Source of the DNA: Paragordius varius | Taxonomy: Eukaryota; Animalia; Nematomorpha | Reading direction: 5' to 3' | Length of the DNA stretch: 64,000 nucleotides | NCBI GenBank assembly: GCA_964247055.1 | Contig: OZ176054.1 | Span: 5,766,001-5,830,000 of the forward strand | Part shown: positions 39,791 through 52,349 of the stretch, piece by piece | Numbering within the stretch: position 1 is the stretch's first letter | Layout: each line of letters begins with the position of its first letter | Program-made: the position numbers and the translations under genes | Notes under the pieces: model-generated | What the model was told of the DNA's origin: nothing | What the model saw: only the letters and a program-made list of their open reading frames with translations | Databases searched by the model: none

Positions 39791-42700
39791 TTCGTCCACA
39801 ATAATCGCACACATATTTCAATACATCAGCGTGTATGAGGGATGCCAAATGCCTTTCCAGATGTGGTCTTTGATTAAAACTCCGACCACAAATGCGACAA
39901 GCAAACGCTTTATGATTTTCATGGACCGTTTTAAGGTGCCTTATAAGGGCTGGACGTGAGGAAAAAGCCTTGTCACACGAATCACACGTAAAAGAAGCAA
40001 CATTACTGAGTCGAGACGAATGGTATTGATTTAGCACATCGGATTGGGGTTGTTTATGTTGTTGCATCATTAACGAAGGTTGTTGTTGGTATGTATTATG
40101 GGATGATTCATATGATTGTAAAACACTAGACAAAAAATCGGTTAAATGAGTTAGTTTGTATTGAGTGAAAATTAAATATGATAACGACAAAATGGAAAAG
40201 ATAGAGGACAAATATTTTCTAACCATTTAAAACCTTAATTATTAAATATATTCTATCGTTCGGAAATCATAATATAACGGGTAAAGGTGTAAATGACTAA
40301 CACTCTAAAATTTAGATTTTTCAATCGTAAACATATAGGCTACAATGCAAAAAACAAGCTAAAATATATTTTTTTTTAAAAATAACCAATATTATTTTTT
40401 CATTTTGCCTTTATATTTTGATCCGTATTTTTAATTTACACCAATCAAAAATTGCATGTAATATATAACATACCCTTGTATAAACTAATATTGGATTAAA
40501 TTAGGATAAGAATAGAACAAGTTAACTCATATTTAAATATAATTTATACATATTTGAGGAATCAATCATGATTTGTGAAGATGGTAAATCATCAGAAGTG
40601 GATTGAAGAGTTAAAATTTGACAATTATCCGGATTTGCATTATTTGACGTGAGATAATTTATATCTGTGGAGTTTTCTAAATTCGTGTCTGATGTGAGTT
40701 GAGCGATTAAAGTTGAATTTGATGTATCAACCGTATTTTGTTTATCATCTAATTTTTGCGAATTATTTTATAAATCAGTTTTTTATACAATTTTTTAAGA
40801 GAAATCTTTATAGTTAACGAAAAAAACAAGCATAATACCAATAAAATTTATTGTATCAACTATGTAATGATTCCCGTTTTCATCTACAAAAGTGGTGGAA
40901 ATGTTTTGATTCCCATCTTTATCCATCAAAAAATTAAGTTCAGTATTTTGGAAATTTTGCGGTGTAGTATAATCTGGTTGTGATGGTTTATGAAAATTTT
41001 TGATATGTTTGGTTAAATGTATCTTGCTGGTAAAAACAATGTGCGCGCAATCTTTGTAAGGACATCTAATTAAGTATATAAAATTTACATATTTCTATAT
41101 AATTCTATATTAGATGAAACAAAAAATTGATAAAAATTAATAAATATAATTAACTTAATATCCACATATAACATATCGAACAAAAAAATAAATTTAACAT
41201 ATTTGTAATATTGCCTTAAATATATAGTCTAATAATACACCCTAAATATTATGTATACTAAATTTTACTAAAAAATAAGTTCAAAATCAAAATAACCTAT
41301 GAATTTAATATTATTCTAATATATATTTTAAATTATGGTCAAATAACTAATCAAATTTAACTATTAAGTAAGTAATAAAATATATTACATATTATTTTGT
41401 TTCAAAAAGGTAAAAAATTAAATAAATATAAATTTGGCTACCTTTGTATGCGACTACTATTGTGTTCATTGATAGAATGAGCCTTTTTCCTATGATTTTC
41501 CATGTCTCGTTTATCACAATATTTCATGCCGCAAAGTTCGCAGCCGTAAGCCCGATATTTTTGATGCACTGATCGTATGTGTTTAATCAAAAACTCTTTG
41601 CGAGAAAACGATTTCACCCAAAATCCTAATATTTTATAAGAAATAAATCCATGAAATAAAGTTTATCACTTAAAATCATTTTGTCTAATTTTAGTTATAC
41701 AATACAAACCAAAATTATATATCTGGACCGATTATCAAAAATTAAATAAAATCTATCACGAATAATCTTAATTCGCAAAATTATATCGACAAAGATTTTA
41801 ATGCCTCTATGATAGTGATAAGGCTTTATTATTAATATCAATATCCTCAGAATCTTGCATCATGTACTTAAAAAACGAAAAACTAATGAAAAATATGTTA
41901 GGTATATACAATCAAAGAATAAAAAATATTCTGTTCAAACATTGTAAGAATGAAAATTCGATCCGCATAATCATCAAAAGCATAAATAAGCGTAAACTGA
42001 GTCATATAAACCATAAAATGAAAAAGAAAATTTTGTGATAGGCAATAGAAAAGAATCCAATTTATTAAATTAATTAAAAAAAGAATTATATATACTGTCA
42101 TGTACAGCGTATCGAATAAAATTACTTATGTTCAAATAGCATCTAACCATATTAAGCAAAATAATCACGGCTAAATTATAAGAAAGATAAATTATTTTCA
42201 CCGGTCCTCTTATGTTAGTAGCTTACCATGCCATAAAGGTAACATTCTTTTCGTAAAACTTCGATATATTAATCTATCACAAAAAATCTCTAATAGAGTC
42301 ATTGTAGTATAGATTGATCTAACATGATAAATGATAATAATATATAATATTCAAATACCAGTAGTTGGATCTCGTTCGTAGTGATCTCGGACAGGACCAT
42401 GCAAACCTTTAGCATCTAAATAAGATTCAGTAGGGTCATCAGTTATGAAGTGATTTGGGGGTAGTTTGGGACACAGGCAACATTTAAAGGGCTTAACCCG
42501 TTCATGAACAGATTTTATGTGACGATTCAAATGAGCCTCTTGATTAAATATCTTTCCGCAAAAATGGCACCTATTATAAATAAAGAATTGGTACTTGTAG
42601 TATTTCAACTTTATTTTTGAGTGTGAATCAAATGATAAGTTATTGGTGGTTGGTGTGTTAACATTAGCCAAATTAGATGAATCAGCTTCATTATTCTGAG

Positions 42701-43496
42701 ATTTATCGACAATAGTTATCTCAATATCAGGATTGTTTTGATTAATAATTAAATCGCGATGTGCTACACGAATATGAGTAGTTAAGCATTGTTTTCGCGT
42801 AAAAGCTTTGCCCTTTCCAGGACATAGTGTGCACAAAAATGGTCTTGATTTTTCATGAATAGTCCTTATGTGTTGAGCTAAGGTATCTTTTGAGGCAAAT
42901 TTTTCACCACAATCATAACACAAATGAGGTCTTAAGCGTAAATGTACGGATTCAAAGTGACGACGAAGTAATAGTTTTTTGTTAAAAGTTTTTCCACATA
43001 TATTACAAATATTGGGGGTTCCATCGTCATCTTTGACAATTTCCTTGGGTAGTATTAAAGTAATACCATTTTTGTTATGTGTTTCCACCAATTCTTTATA
43101 TAATTGTTCATCTCTTTCTTTGATAAAAGATTGATAATTTTCAATTAAACTAATTTGAGATTGTGATGGATCTTCATCAGCTACCAAATTAACCTTTGAT
43201 GTTTCTTCGCGAGTGGGATGACTCGTATGGGCAAAAAATATATGATCCCTCAAATCGCAATTCAATAAAAAGGCTTTGAAACACAAATGACATATATACG
43301 ACTTCTTGGGCCTACCGGGCTTTCGCTGTTGAAAGTTGATTTTTTTCAAATTATTTTTATTAGCCTTGAAAAACTTCCATATATAATATTCATCCTTAAG
43401 TTCATTTTGGCAACCTAATGGAGGGTCTTTTATATAAATATCATCCAATTTTATTAATTTTACAAAACAGTCTTTTAAATTTAGACCAGATGACAT
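33019..43496 (-). CDS. Large multi-exon C2H2 zinc-finger protein (about 13 fingers) with an N-terminal AT-hook-like motif (RKPGRPKK)
   Basis: Phase-consistent hand-spliced model from ATG 43496 to TGA 33019-33021. Fingers include YICHLC..HIFFAH, NICNIC..HFESVH, HLCYDC..HIRTIH, FLCTLC..HIRVAH, YKCHFC..HIKSVH, YGCELC..HRKKAH, CPYKDC..HIKNFH, FTCDSC..HLKTVH, FACRIC..HLASLIH, YVCDYC|..HLFDLNYH and HLCEFCGK|VF..HIAYFH, plus two split fingers; Asn/Ser/Gln-rich linkers. Orthology not recognised. Confidence 0.8.
36085..36640. mobile_element. MITE with the same ATACCATTT termini but different about 21-bp subterminal repeats, in a zinc-finger gene intron
   Basis: aaatataccatttttacttcaagagtgtcc..ttcaagttggtcctt at the left end and ggaccaactt..ggacactcttaaagtgcaaatggtattttt at the right end. 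Confidence 0.7.
37241..37290. repeat. (TA)n microsatellite in a zinc-finger gene intron
   Basis: Direct reading; creates spurious YIYIYI ORFs. Confidence 0.95.
39733..39786. repeat. (TA)n microsatellite immediately after an intron donor of the zinc-finger gene
   Basis: Minus strand reads cga ag|gttt(at)n; the FIYIYIY tail of ORF 39732-40226 is intronic. Confidence 0.95.
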
Positions 43497-43718
43497 AGTA
43501 ACGTAAGGTTAACTTTTGTACTGGAGTTTATGTAAATCATAATTTTATTTTTTTTGAGATTAGAAAATATTATTTATGGTTAAAATATTTTTTATGCACT
43601 AAGTATGATTATCGAAGATTTTGTTTTTGTCATGTTAAATTCCATGAATATTTTTGACATATTTACTTTGGTTAGTTTTCTATTCAAGGCCAAATTAAAA
43701 TAAATCAGGATGATTTAA

Positions 43719-46362
43719 CACTTGGATACAAAAGATATTTTTAGTGCTTGGATTTAAATTAGGGTCGCTTTATACTCTTTAGTTGTTTTAAATTTAATAC
43801 TACAAAAAACATGCAATGAATCGACCATGGCAAAAGCTTGCACTTTTATAAAATTAACATTCGATTTATATTAGGATATGTAAAAACCGAGAGTATATTT
43901 AAGTTGATATTTAAAAAAGTACTGAAAAAATATATAAAAAGGCCGAAATAAAAATAAAATTTAGTTATGGAAAAAAGTTTTAAATCAAACTACTTCAACG
44001 CCATTTTTATACAAAATTTTCGCAAAATATCTAGTCTACTTAACACTTCAATTTAAATCGGGGTATCTAAATACTGCAGACTTAATTAAAATTCATATAA
44101 AAAAAGCGTCCCAATTTAAATTTATGCTTCTATCCTAATAATTAAATAAAATTTCGTTTTGAAAAAAAGTTCCATGTCAAACTACTTCGACGTCATTTTT
44201 GAATTAATTTTTTGCAAAATATTGTCTTCATGTAATTTTAAATGTAAAATTAATGCTAATTTTTTGTTTAAATTACATCTAACATTGATAGAAATAGAAA
44301 AAGTGGTTTATTTTGTATTTTTTTCTCAATACCATTGCAGACATGTCAGGTTGACTAAATTTGTACCTTTGGGTTTTGGCTTAAAATAAGTAAAATCAAG
44401 TATTTTGTATAAAATTATATATATATATTTCGATTTAGTGCAAATTTTTGCCATGGTTTCGATTCCTTCTATATTTTTTAAAAAATTAATATTAAACAGA
44501 CCTGGGGTATCCAACTACCCCAGTTTGAATCGATGGACTAAAATGAATATGTTTCCAAGTGTTATTTAACACTTCGATTTAATTTGGGGTATCTAAATAC
44601 CCCAGACTAAATTTAAGTTAAGATTTTTAAAAAACTACTGAAGGAAACGGTTCCAATTTAAATTTATGCTTCTATCCTAATAAAAATTATATAAATATGT
44701 CAAAATATCTAAATGAAAATTTGTTTTGAAAAAAAAGTTTCATAAACTACTTCGCCGCCATTTTTATTTTGCAATTTGCAAAATATCGTCTTCATTTAAT
44801 TTTAAGGTTAAAATTAAAGCTAATTTTTTATTTTAATTACATCTAACTTTGAATAAAAAAATCGGTTTATTTTGTATTATTTCTAAATTTTACCATTGCA
44901 CACATGTCACGTTGACCTAATTTTTACCTTTCAGTTTTAGCTTAAAATAAGTAATATCAAGTATTTTTGAATAAAATTTTTTATATATTTCGGTTTTTTA
45001 ATGTTATATAAGTGCAAAACTTTCTCATGGTTTAGATTCCTTCCATATTTTTAAAAGAATTCAAGTTTAAACAGGCCTGGGGTATTTAACTACCACAATT
45101 TGAATCGAAAGAATATGAATGTGTTGTATCCAAGTGTTAAGCTAAATTTCAAGCTAATTATTTATTTAATCATATCTTAGTTAATATAAACAAAAAAAGT
45201 AAATTACTTTTTCAATTTAGGGAATGGACACTTGTCATGTAATACTAAATTTTTACCTTAAGATTTAACCTTAACACTTCGATTCGAATTGGGGTATGTA
45301 AATACCCCATTTTATAAAACTACTGAAAGAAACGGTCCCTATTTAATTTATGCTTCTATCCTAATAAAAATTATATAAATAAGCCGAAATATCTAAATAA
45401 TTTAGTTTTGAAAAAAAAACTTACATATCAAACTACTTCGACGCCATTTTTTTATTACAACATTTTGGCAAAACATCGTATGCTAAAATATAAGCATTTA
45501 AATCACATCTAATTAAAAACATAAAAAGTAGTTTTTTTTAAATTTAGCTAATGCACACATGTCAGGTTGACTAAATTTTTACCTTGAGGTGTTATTTAAA
45601 AATAAGTAATATCAAAATTTTTTGAATAATATTATTTTTATATTTCGGTTCATTAATGTTATAAATCTCCAATGCCATTGTTTTAACACTTGGATACAAC
45701 ACACCCATTTTAGTCCTTCGATTCAAATTGGGGTAGTTGGATACCCCAGGCCTGTTTAAAACCAAATACTTTAAAAAGTATGGAAAGAATCGACACCATG
45801 GCAAAATTTTGCACTTATATAATATTAATAAAACGAAATATATAAAAAAATTTATTCAAAAATACTTGAAATTACTTATTTTGAGCTAAAACTGAAAGAT
45901 AAAAATTTAGCCAACGTGACATTTGTCAAATTGTAAAATTAAAAAATAATACAAAATAAACCGCTTTTTCTATTTCTATCAATGTTAGATGTAATTTATA
46001 TAAAAAATAAGCTTTAGTTTTACCCTTAAAATTAAATGAAGACGATATTTTGCAAAATTTTTGCAAAATAAAAATGGCGTCGAAGTAGTTTGAGATGGAA
46101 CTTTTTTTTCAAAACAAAAATTTATCAAGATATTTTGGCATATTTATATAACATTTATCAGGATAGAAGCATAAATTCAAATTGGGACCGTTTCCTTTAG
46201 TAGTTTTTTAAAATTTTAATTTAAATTTAGCCTGGGGTATTTAGATACCCCAATTTGAATCGAAGTGTTAATTCATTCCATATTTTTTGATTTATTAAAC
46301 CCGCGGTATCCAACCCCAATGTGAATCGAAGGACTATAATGAATGTGTTGTATCCAATTTTA
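43719..46362. mobile_element. Array of at least five piggyBac-type MITE copies, adjacent and nested
   Basis: Starts after TTAA at 43719, 44044, 44570, 45275 and 45687; ends at 44561, 45136 and 46267. Copy 45687-46267 is inserted with a TTAA duplication into copy 45275-46362, whose sequence resumes after 46271. Confidence 0.85.
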
Positions 46363-46377
46363 AAATAGGTAAGATCA

Positions 46378-47535
46378 GTTATTATTATTACATTACATGT
46401 TTCACTTGTGAGAGCGGTCATGTTATACAAACTGTCTCGCCATAGAACTCTATCTATGGCGTCTTCTGCATTAAGCTCGTATTCTGCTAGCTCTCTTTTT
46501 AATGTGTCTATCCTTTCGTCTTCGGCCGCCCACCCCCTCGTTTTCCCTTAACTATATGATTATCTATTATTTTTGCAATATAATTAGAATATCTCCTTTC
46601 AATGTGCCCGAACCAACGTAGCCTATTTTTTGACATTCTTTCCACTATTGGTTTAACATCTGTGCTCCCACGAAATCTATTCTTAATTCTATCCTTTCTT
46701 GTTACCCCACACATCAAAGCATTTTCATTTCCGTGTCGTTAAAATGTCTTTCTTCGGATTTTATGACGCCCCAGGTCTGTAAATTGTACATCATTGTGGG
46801 TTTAACAACTGAACTATATATCATACCTTTCACTCTAACATCAATATTTCGATCACATAACACTTTCACAATTCCCAAATGCTCTTTATTCATAAATTAA
46901 TATCATCGGTCAACGATTCATCTGAACTTAACATAGCCCCCAAAAATTTCCCCCTTTCTTTACCCTTTAGAAGCCAACTATCATCAACTTCCATTTCCTG
47001 TTGTGTACCCCCAAAAGTAATAAATTCAGTTTTTGCTTTGTTTACTTTCAGTCCGTATTGATTCAGTATAACAACCCATCCGTTAACCATTCGCTTTAAC
47101 TCAGCCAATGTATCAGACAAGATGATTAAGTCATCTGCATACATTAAGAGCCAACCTGATCTTACATTAATGACCTTGGCTACCTCGTCCATACAAATCA
47201 TAAATAATAAGGGGCTGAGTGATGAGTCTAAGTACACTCCATGCTTTATTGAAAAGGGCTCTGATAAAGCTTGTGGAGTTTTAATCCTGGAGGGGTGGGA
47301 TTCGTACATTATTTGTAACAACTTAATATAACTTTCTGGCACCTTTTTACGACAGAGACTCCACCGAATAGTTTCTCTTGGAATCCTGTCAAGCGCCTTC
47401 TCTATGTCAGTTAAATCCCCGTGTAATTCTTTTTTTTAAATGTGTTTTTCAATCAACCTCCTAACCGCATGTATAGGGTCTATTGTTGACTTTCCTGGCA
47501 TGAAACCAAATTGATTTTATCATGCAAATTTTGCC
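46378..47535 (-). mobile_element. 5'-truncated, decayed RTE-clade LINE (RT domain and 3' end)
   Basis: FGFMPGKSTIDPIHAVRRLIEK (about 47440-47515), LSPLLFMICMD..LMYADDLIIL..GLKVNKAKTEF (46890-47342), MCGVTRKDRIKN..RLRWFGHIERR (46508-46717); 3' stem-loop cgccataga..tctatggcg (46439-46462) and a short taa/tgtaa tail. Confidence 0.9.
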
Positions 47536-47544
47536 ATGTCAATT

Positions 47545-47912
47545 CATTTCATTATGGATTATTTAATTTTAATTTTAAGGGTAAATTAAAGCTAATTTTT
47601 TATTTAAATTACATCTAACATTTATAGAAATAGAAAAAGTGGTTTATTTTCTATCATTTTTCAATTTTACCATTGCACACACGTCACGCTGACTAAATTT
47701 TTACCTTTCGGTTTTAGCTTAAAATAAGTAAAACTCAAGTATTTTTGAATAAAATTTTTTATATATTTCGGTTAATTAATATATAAGTGCAAAATTTTCC
47801 ATGGTTTTGATTCCTTCCATATTTTTTAAAGAATTTAAATTTAAACAGGCCTGGGGGATTTAACTATCCCAATTTGAATCGAAGGACTATAATAAAGTGT
47901 TGTATCCAAGTG
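47545..47912 (-). mobile_element. Partial piggyBac-type MITE abutting the RTE element
   Basis: Family landmarks ending gtgttgtatccaagtg|ttaa at 47912. Confidence 0.85.
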
Positions 47913-48099
47913 TTAAAATAAATCATAAATTACATAAAATGCAAAATAATTTCAAAAAACTTTATTTATTGAGGACCTCAAAGGTACCAAATTTTTTATT
48001 CTTCTAAAATGGGCTGGTCCTCCTAGAATAGACACCATCTAAAAATATTTTAAAATGCATAATTCTAAAAATTATATTATTAGAATTTTTTCAAAGCGG

Positions 48100-48370
48100 A
48101 CTTTATACCATTTTGAGTATGATGGGAACGGTTTAAAAACGCTGAACATTATAAAATCACTTTTCTATATATTTTGCTGATTCTGAACATTTCTATATCC
48201 TCAGTTGATTAAAATATTCGTTCGTCCTTAATTTTATGTCAAATATGAATTGTGTTTTTTTTATATGAACCTTTAAATCACGTTAAATATGATTAAATTA
48301 TTAAAAGGGGTTATTTTGCTATCTTAAAGCGTTGTAAAACCGTTTCCATTTTAACACAAAATAGTACACA
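48100..48370. mobile_element. MITE-like element with inverted ends, related to a segment at about 24550-24660
   Basis: ataccattttgagtatgatgggaacggttt pairs with aaaccgtttccattttaacacaaaatagtac; 24560-24655 is its reverse complement-like homologue. Confidence 0.55.
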
Positions 48371-50620
48371 GTACACTTCAGCAAAATTTTGCTAAAATTA
48401 AATTAAAAAAAAATTTATCTTTAAAAAATATTTTCATTTGATACTTCCGCAACGGTTTAATTTTCAAAGAACCAACTTGGCTCCGGTTTCAAAATTTTAA
48501 TAAACCCCCTACTTTATTTTTTAGGAACCCAGCCAGTGGCTTCATTTTTTTAACTAGGCGCGTTTCGAGTACCACTGATATATAATGTGGCTTATGTTTT
48601 TCGTTATAGGTATTTGATTATTATGGACGCTATCATATATTGTTCTGTTAAAATTTAGGGATTGTAAAGTTATTTATAATAGATATTTGAAAATTTAAAA
48701 AAGTAAAAAAATATAAGAAAGAATAACTTGGATAAATTTATTGTATTTTTCCATTTCCAAAACTATGAGAACCCAATATTGGTTTTTGATTAAAAGTTTG
48801 TTAAATTTATTAAAAAGATATATTTTAATAATTAAAAACAACTACATTAAAATATATGTTTGTGGTTATCTTCTCCAGAAAGATATCTCAACATAGTAAT
48901 CCCAATTCATACGAGATAGTATGTGATCAATTTTTATAGTATTCCTACAAATTTTAAAATAATGATGGTCATTCCATTTTAATGGAAAACCAAAAAAGAT
49001 TTTATCACACTATCAAATTTTAATAATTTAAACAATAATTTTTTTATAAACAACATATCGGAATCACCTTTTTTGGGAGTAGAACCGGGTTGGTGGATTC
49101 CGCTTCGATGCCCTGGCTACAATTAAAAGTTTGTAATTAGCTTTAATCCGTACAGTATAATAGATTTAGCGCAAAATTTGTTTTTTACTTTTAATTTAAA
49201 AAATGACCTAACTTGCGTTTTTGGGTTCAAGCCAGCCTTAGATGTGGTAAAAAATATTAATATTAAGCAGGTCAAACGAAGCCAGAAAATTTATAACGTA
49301 GGTGATATAGATTCATGTGGTAAAGCAAAACTTTAATATTTGGCAAGTGTGTTAAAGGATACAATTGACAAAAACAAAACTATGAATAAAAACTGGTTTT
49401 ATTAATGTTTATTCTTAAGTTCTATATGTTATTTAAACGTTTTTTATGCTTTCAACACAAATACACGGGAGCATTTTCGGATTAAAAAAACTGACGAGTT
49501 GCATTCGCAAAACATATGGGCTTTAATAAATATTTTATCATAAACAAAAACTACATTTATTTAACAATTTTTGCTAGTTCATGCCAAAATTTGGAAAGAT
49601 TTTTCAGTCAATTTTACCTATATTTCGTTTAGTTTATGCATTTGTGTGCTGCAAAAATATTTTGAAGGGCCCCATGCGGCCCGCTTGTTGCACGCCGATA
49701 CAATATATTTATTACCTTTTTTTTGACTGGAATTTAATGCATCCAATATAATAAATGATATTTGGTATCTGTTAGATAAATGGATTAACTAACTTTAAGA
49801 GTGCACTAAGTCATAAAATTAAGTTGGTATATGCTTTCCCATTTAACACTTGCTATTCCATTTTTTACCGATTATTTGGGGTATCTTTGTCCCAGAGAGT
49901 AAACTTGTAAATAAACTACATTTTTGGAATGTTTTGAAAATACAATTATTATCAAACATTCTACTATATTAGAAAAAGCTTATATTTTCACAATTTTATT
50001 GGTTCTAGAATCCTAAAATGGGATCGATCCGATGTTCAATTGAAACAAACAGCTGATTATAAAATCTTAAATACAAAAAATCAGGAATTTTATTTGAAAA
50101 CTTTCTAGAGTTATTTATCTACATTAAGTAATCATGTAATTTAATAAGCCTGATACTTGACAGAATTCTAGGTAATAGATTTATTTTTACCCTATGATAA
50201 TGCATCTTAGAATATGAATTTTCAGTTTATAGCCCATTCAAGAACTATTTAATCCATTACACCCGTAATATAAAAAAAACACAAAAATGTATTAATTTTA
50301 AATGCACATGTGTAACAGCATTTACTAATATTAGAAACGCAAATATTAGATTTATGCAAAATGGGCAACAGTAAATTATATTGGTTTAACTAAATTATCA
50401 GCTTTTCTCGAGCGGAGATTCTTTTGTCTGACAACAATCATAGTATACTCATTTTAATTGTCTACCTCATCATCTACATTTCATCAACCGCGAACTAAAG
50501 ACGCCTAAATCATGATACGTATATCTACCAGAATATATATATATTTCCTCATGATTTTTTGATTCCGATTTTGTGTCAGCGTATAATACAGTGTGATATT
50601 ATAAATTTTATCATCTAGAT

Positions 50621-52349
50621 CAGGGCTTCTTAAATTTTTGTAGTTCCCGACCCCAATTATGATTGCGAGTTTTTTAACGACCCCAACAAATATAAAAGAA
50701 AAAAAATAATTTCCTTGAAATAATAATTAGAAGTTTTGATAATATTTATCAGGATTATTTCGGTTTTGAGAGATTGACAAAAATAATTTATATTATTTAT
50801 AAATTTCTATATCATTTTCTGATTCATAGTAAATTAATACAAGATACTAGCTGACCCTGTCACGCTTCGGTGTGGCGTAGTCTCACCGATAATTATTCTA
50901 AATAATTTGCAATAATTAGAGTTAATTGAGATAAAAAAATAATAATAAACATATTTAATTAAAAATAATGTCTTTAATTATTCTTTTACGAGTTTTTGCA
51001 TAGGCTGAAATATTAGTTACTCGAAATTGACCATATTTAATCTGTCCCTTATGAAAATTAATATTCAACTATCATTGGATTTATTTTAAGATTTTCGTTT
51101 TAAGAAATCATTGTTAAAAGTTCCAATTTGAAATTGTGTTTATATGTTTATACAGCTGGGACCAAGGGATATAAAAAGTAAATCATTTGTGGTTTTTTTA
51201 AAGGAAAGAATGATATTATATAAATTCCCCAAAAATGTGTCAAACTGAACTCGTATGGCTTCCTAAGTTTTTTAAAATTAGCTCCAAAACTACACTATTC
51301 GTCTCAATTTTAAACCGGTAGACCCCTACCCATAGACCAATATGGAAAAAGCGCTGAGTTAAATTCTTTGCCTTTATAGGGCAAATATTTGGAATCATCT
51401 TTGATATTATCGTCTCATGGGTTATTCGAAAAAATACCTTACTATATAATCGTTATATAATGGCGTTTTAGGGCATAAAAGCCCCAAATTAACGGCTAAT
51501 AAAAAAACCTGACTTTAATTTTTACTTAGTTACGGGTAATATTTCAAGCTTTTAATGAGCTCATATGGCTTCATAAATTTTCTGTAAATTCTTTTTCTAC
51601 TGATCTTGTATATTTCGGATGTAAATGCAAAACTTTATAAAAATGTAAGATTTTAGATTTGCAACTTTTTCAAATATTCATGGATATAGGTTATATGTAG
51701 AAACGGACGAAAATTGACTAATTTTTATATAACTCATTATATTTAAATCGATACGTTTGTATCCAGAACAAATTAGCCAATACAAACTTGTTAAATAAAC
51801 TTAATTGGAATATTTCCTATAATAGCGCTCAACAAAAATCGAAAAAATATTTTCCAACCATATGATCTTGAAAAAAAAATATTTTTTGATATAAAATGCA
51901 AAAATCTCAAGTTCATTTTGTTTTGGGTTTTACGAGTGATATAAGAAAGTTATTTGCAATTTTGTGAGCTCCAAAACAACGCAATTTCTTTATAGCGTTT
52001 TTTACACGGGATATGCCCAGGGAGCCTAATTCAAAAAAGGGCGAAACAATTGTCGGGGTATTCATTAATGATTATATTTATTTGACATTTGGATTTGAAT
52101 GGGTCTACCGGTTTTCCGGAAACAGATCACAAAGCCAGCATTTTCCATTTTTATAAATATATAGATTATAATGATCGGAATGAAAATGCTGGCATAAACA
52201 GTCTTTCCGAACCAAAAGATTTTATGATATATTTATATACGATGATTGTTATTTTTCTTTATAACAAAAATTTTACAAGTTAAAAAACATTTTTTGTTAA
52301 ATTGTATTTTTATCACTCGCGACCTCATAATTTTGCTAAGCGAGCCCTG
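50621..52349. mobile_element. Non-autonomous hAT (Charlie-type) element
   Basis: CAGGGCTTCTTAA..CGACCCC at 50621 and ..GCGAGCCCTG ending 52349; flanks ATCTAGAT and ATTTAGAT (7/8 TSD, matching the NTCTAGAN preference of Charlie-type elements). Confidence 0.7.

Noticed and set aside
37024-39810. ORFs ending or starting in YIYIYI runs, and antisense ORFs over real exons (e.g. 37518-37787; also 1143-1388, 14243-14569 and 17592-17825 elsewhere)
   Set aside because: Artefacts of (TA)n microsatellites or shadows of coding sequence on the opposite strand.
49075-49125. GC-rich segment with gcttcgatgccc, tRNA/SINE-like
   Set aside because: No tRNA stems; the reverse complement (gtagccagggc) looks more like a MITE terminus.
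49720-50520. Possible very decayed piggyBac transposase on the minus strand (SRKF..FLYL, YHLYIG)
   Set aside because: Matches are too short and interrupted by many stops to support a call without a profile search.
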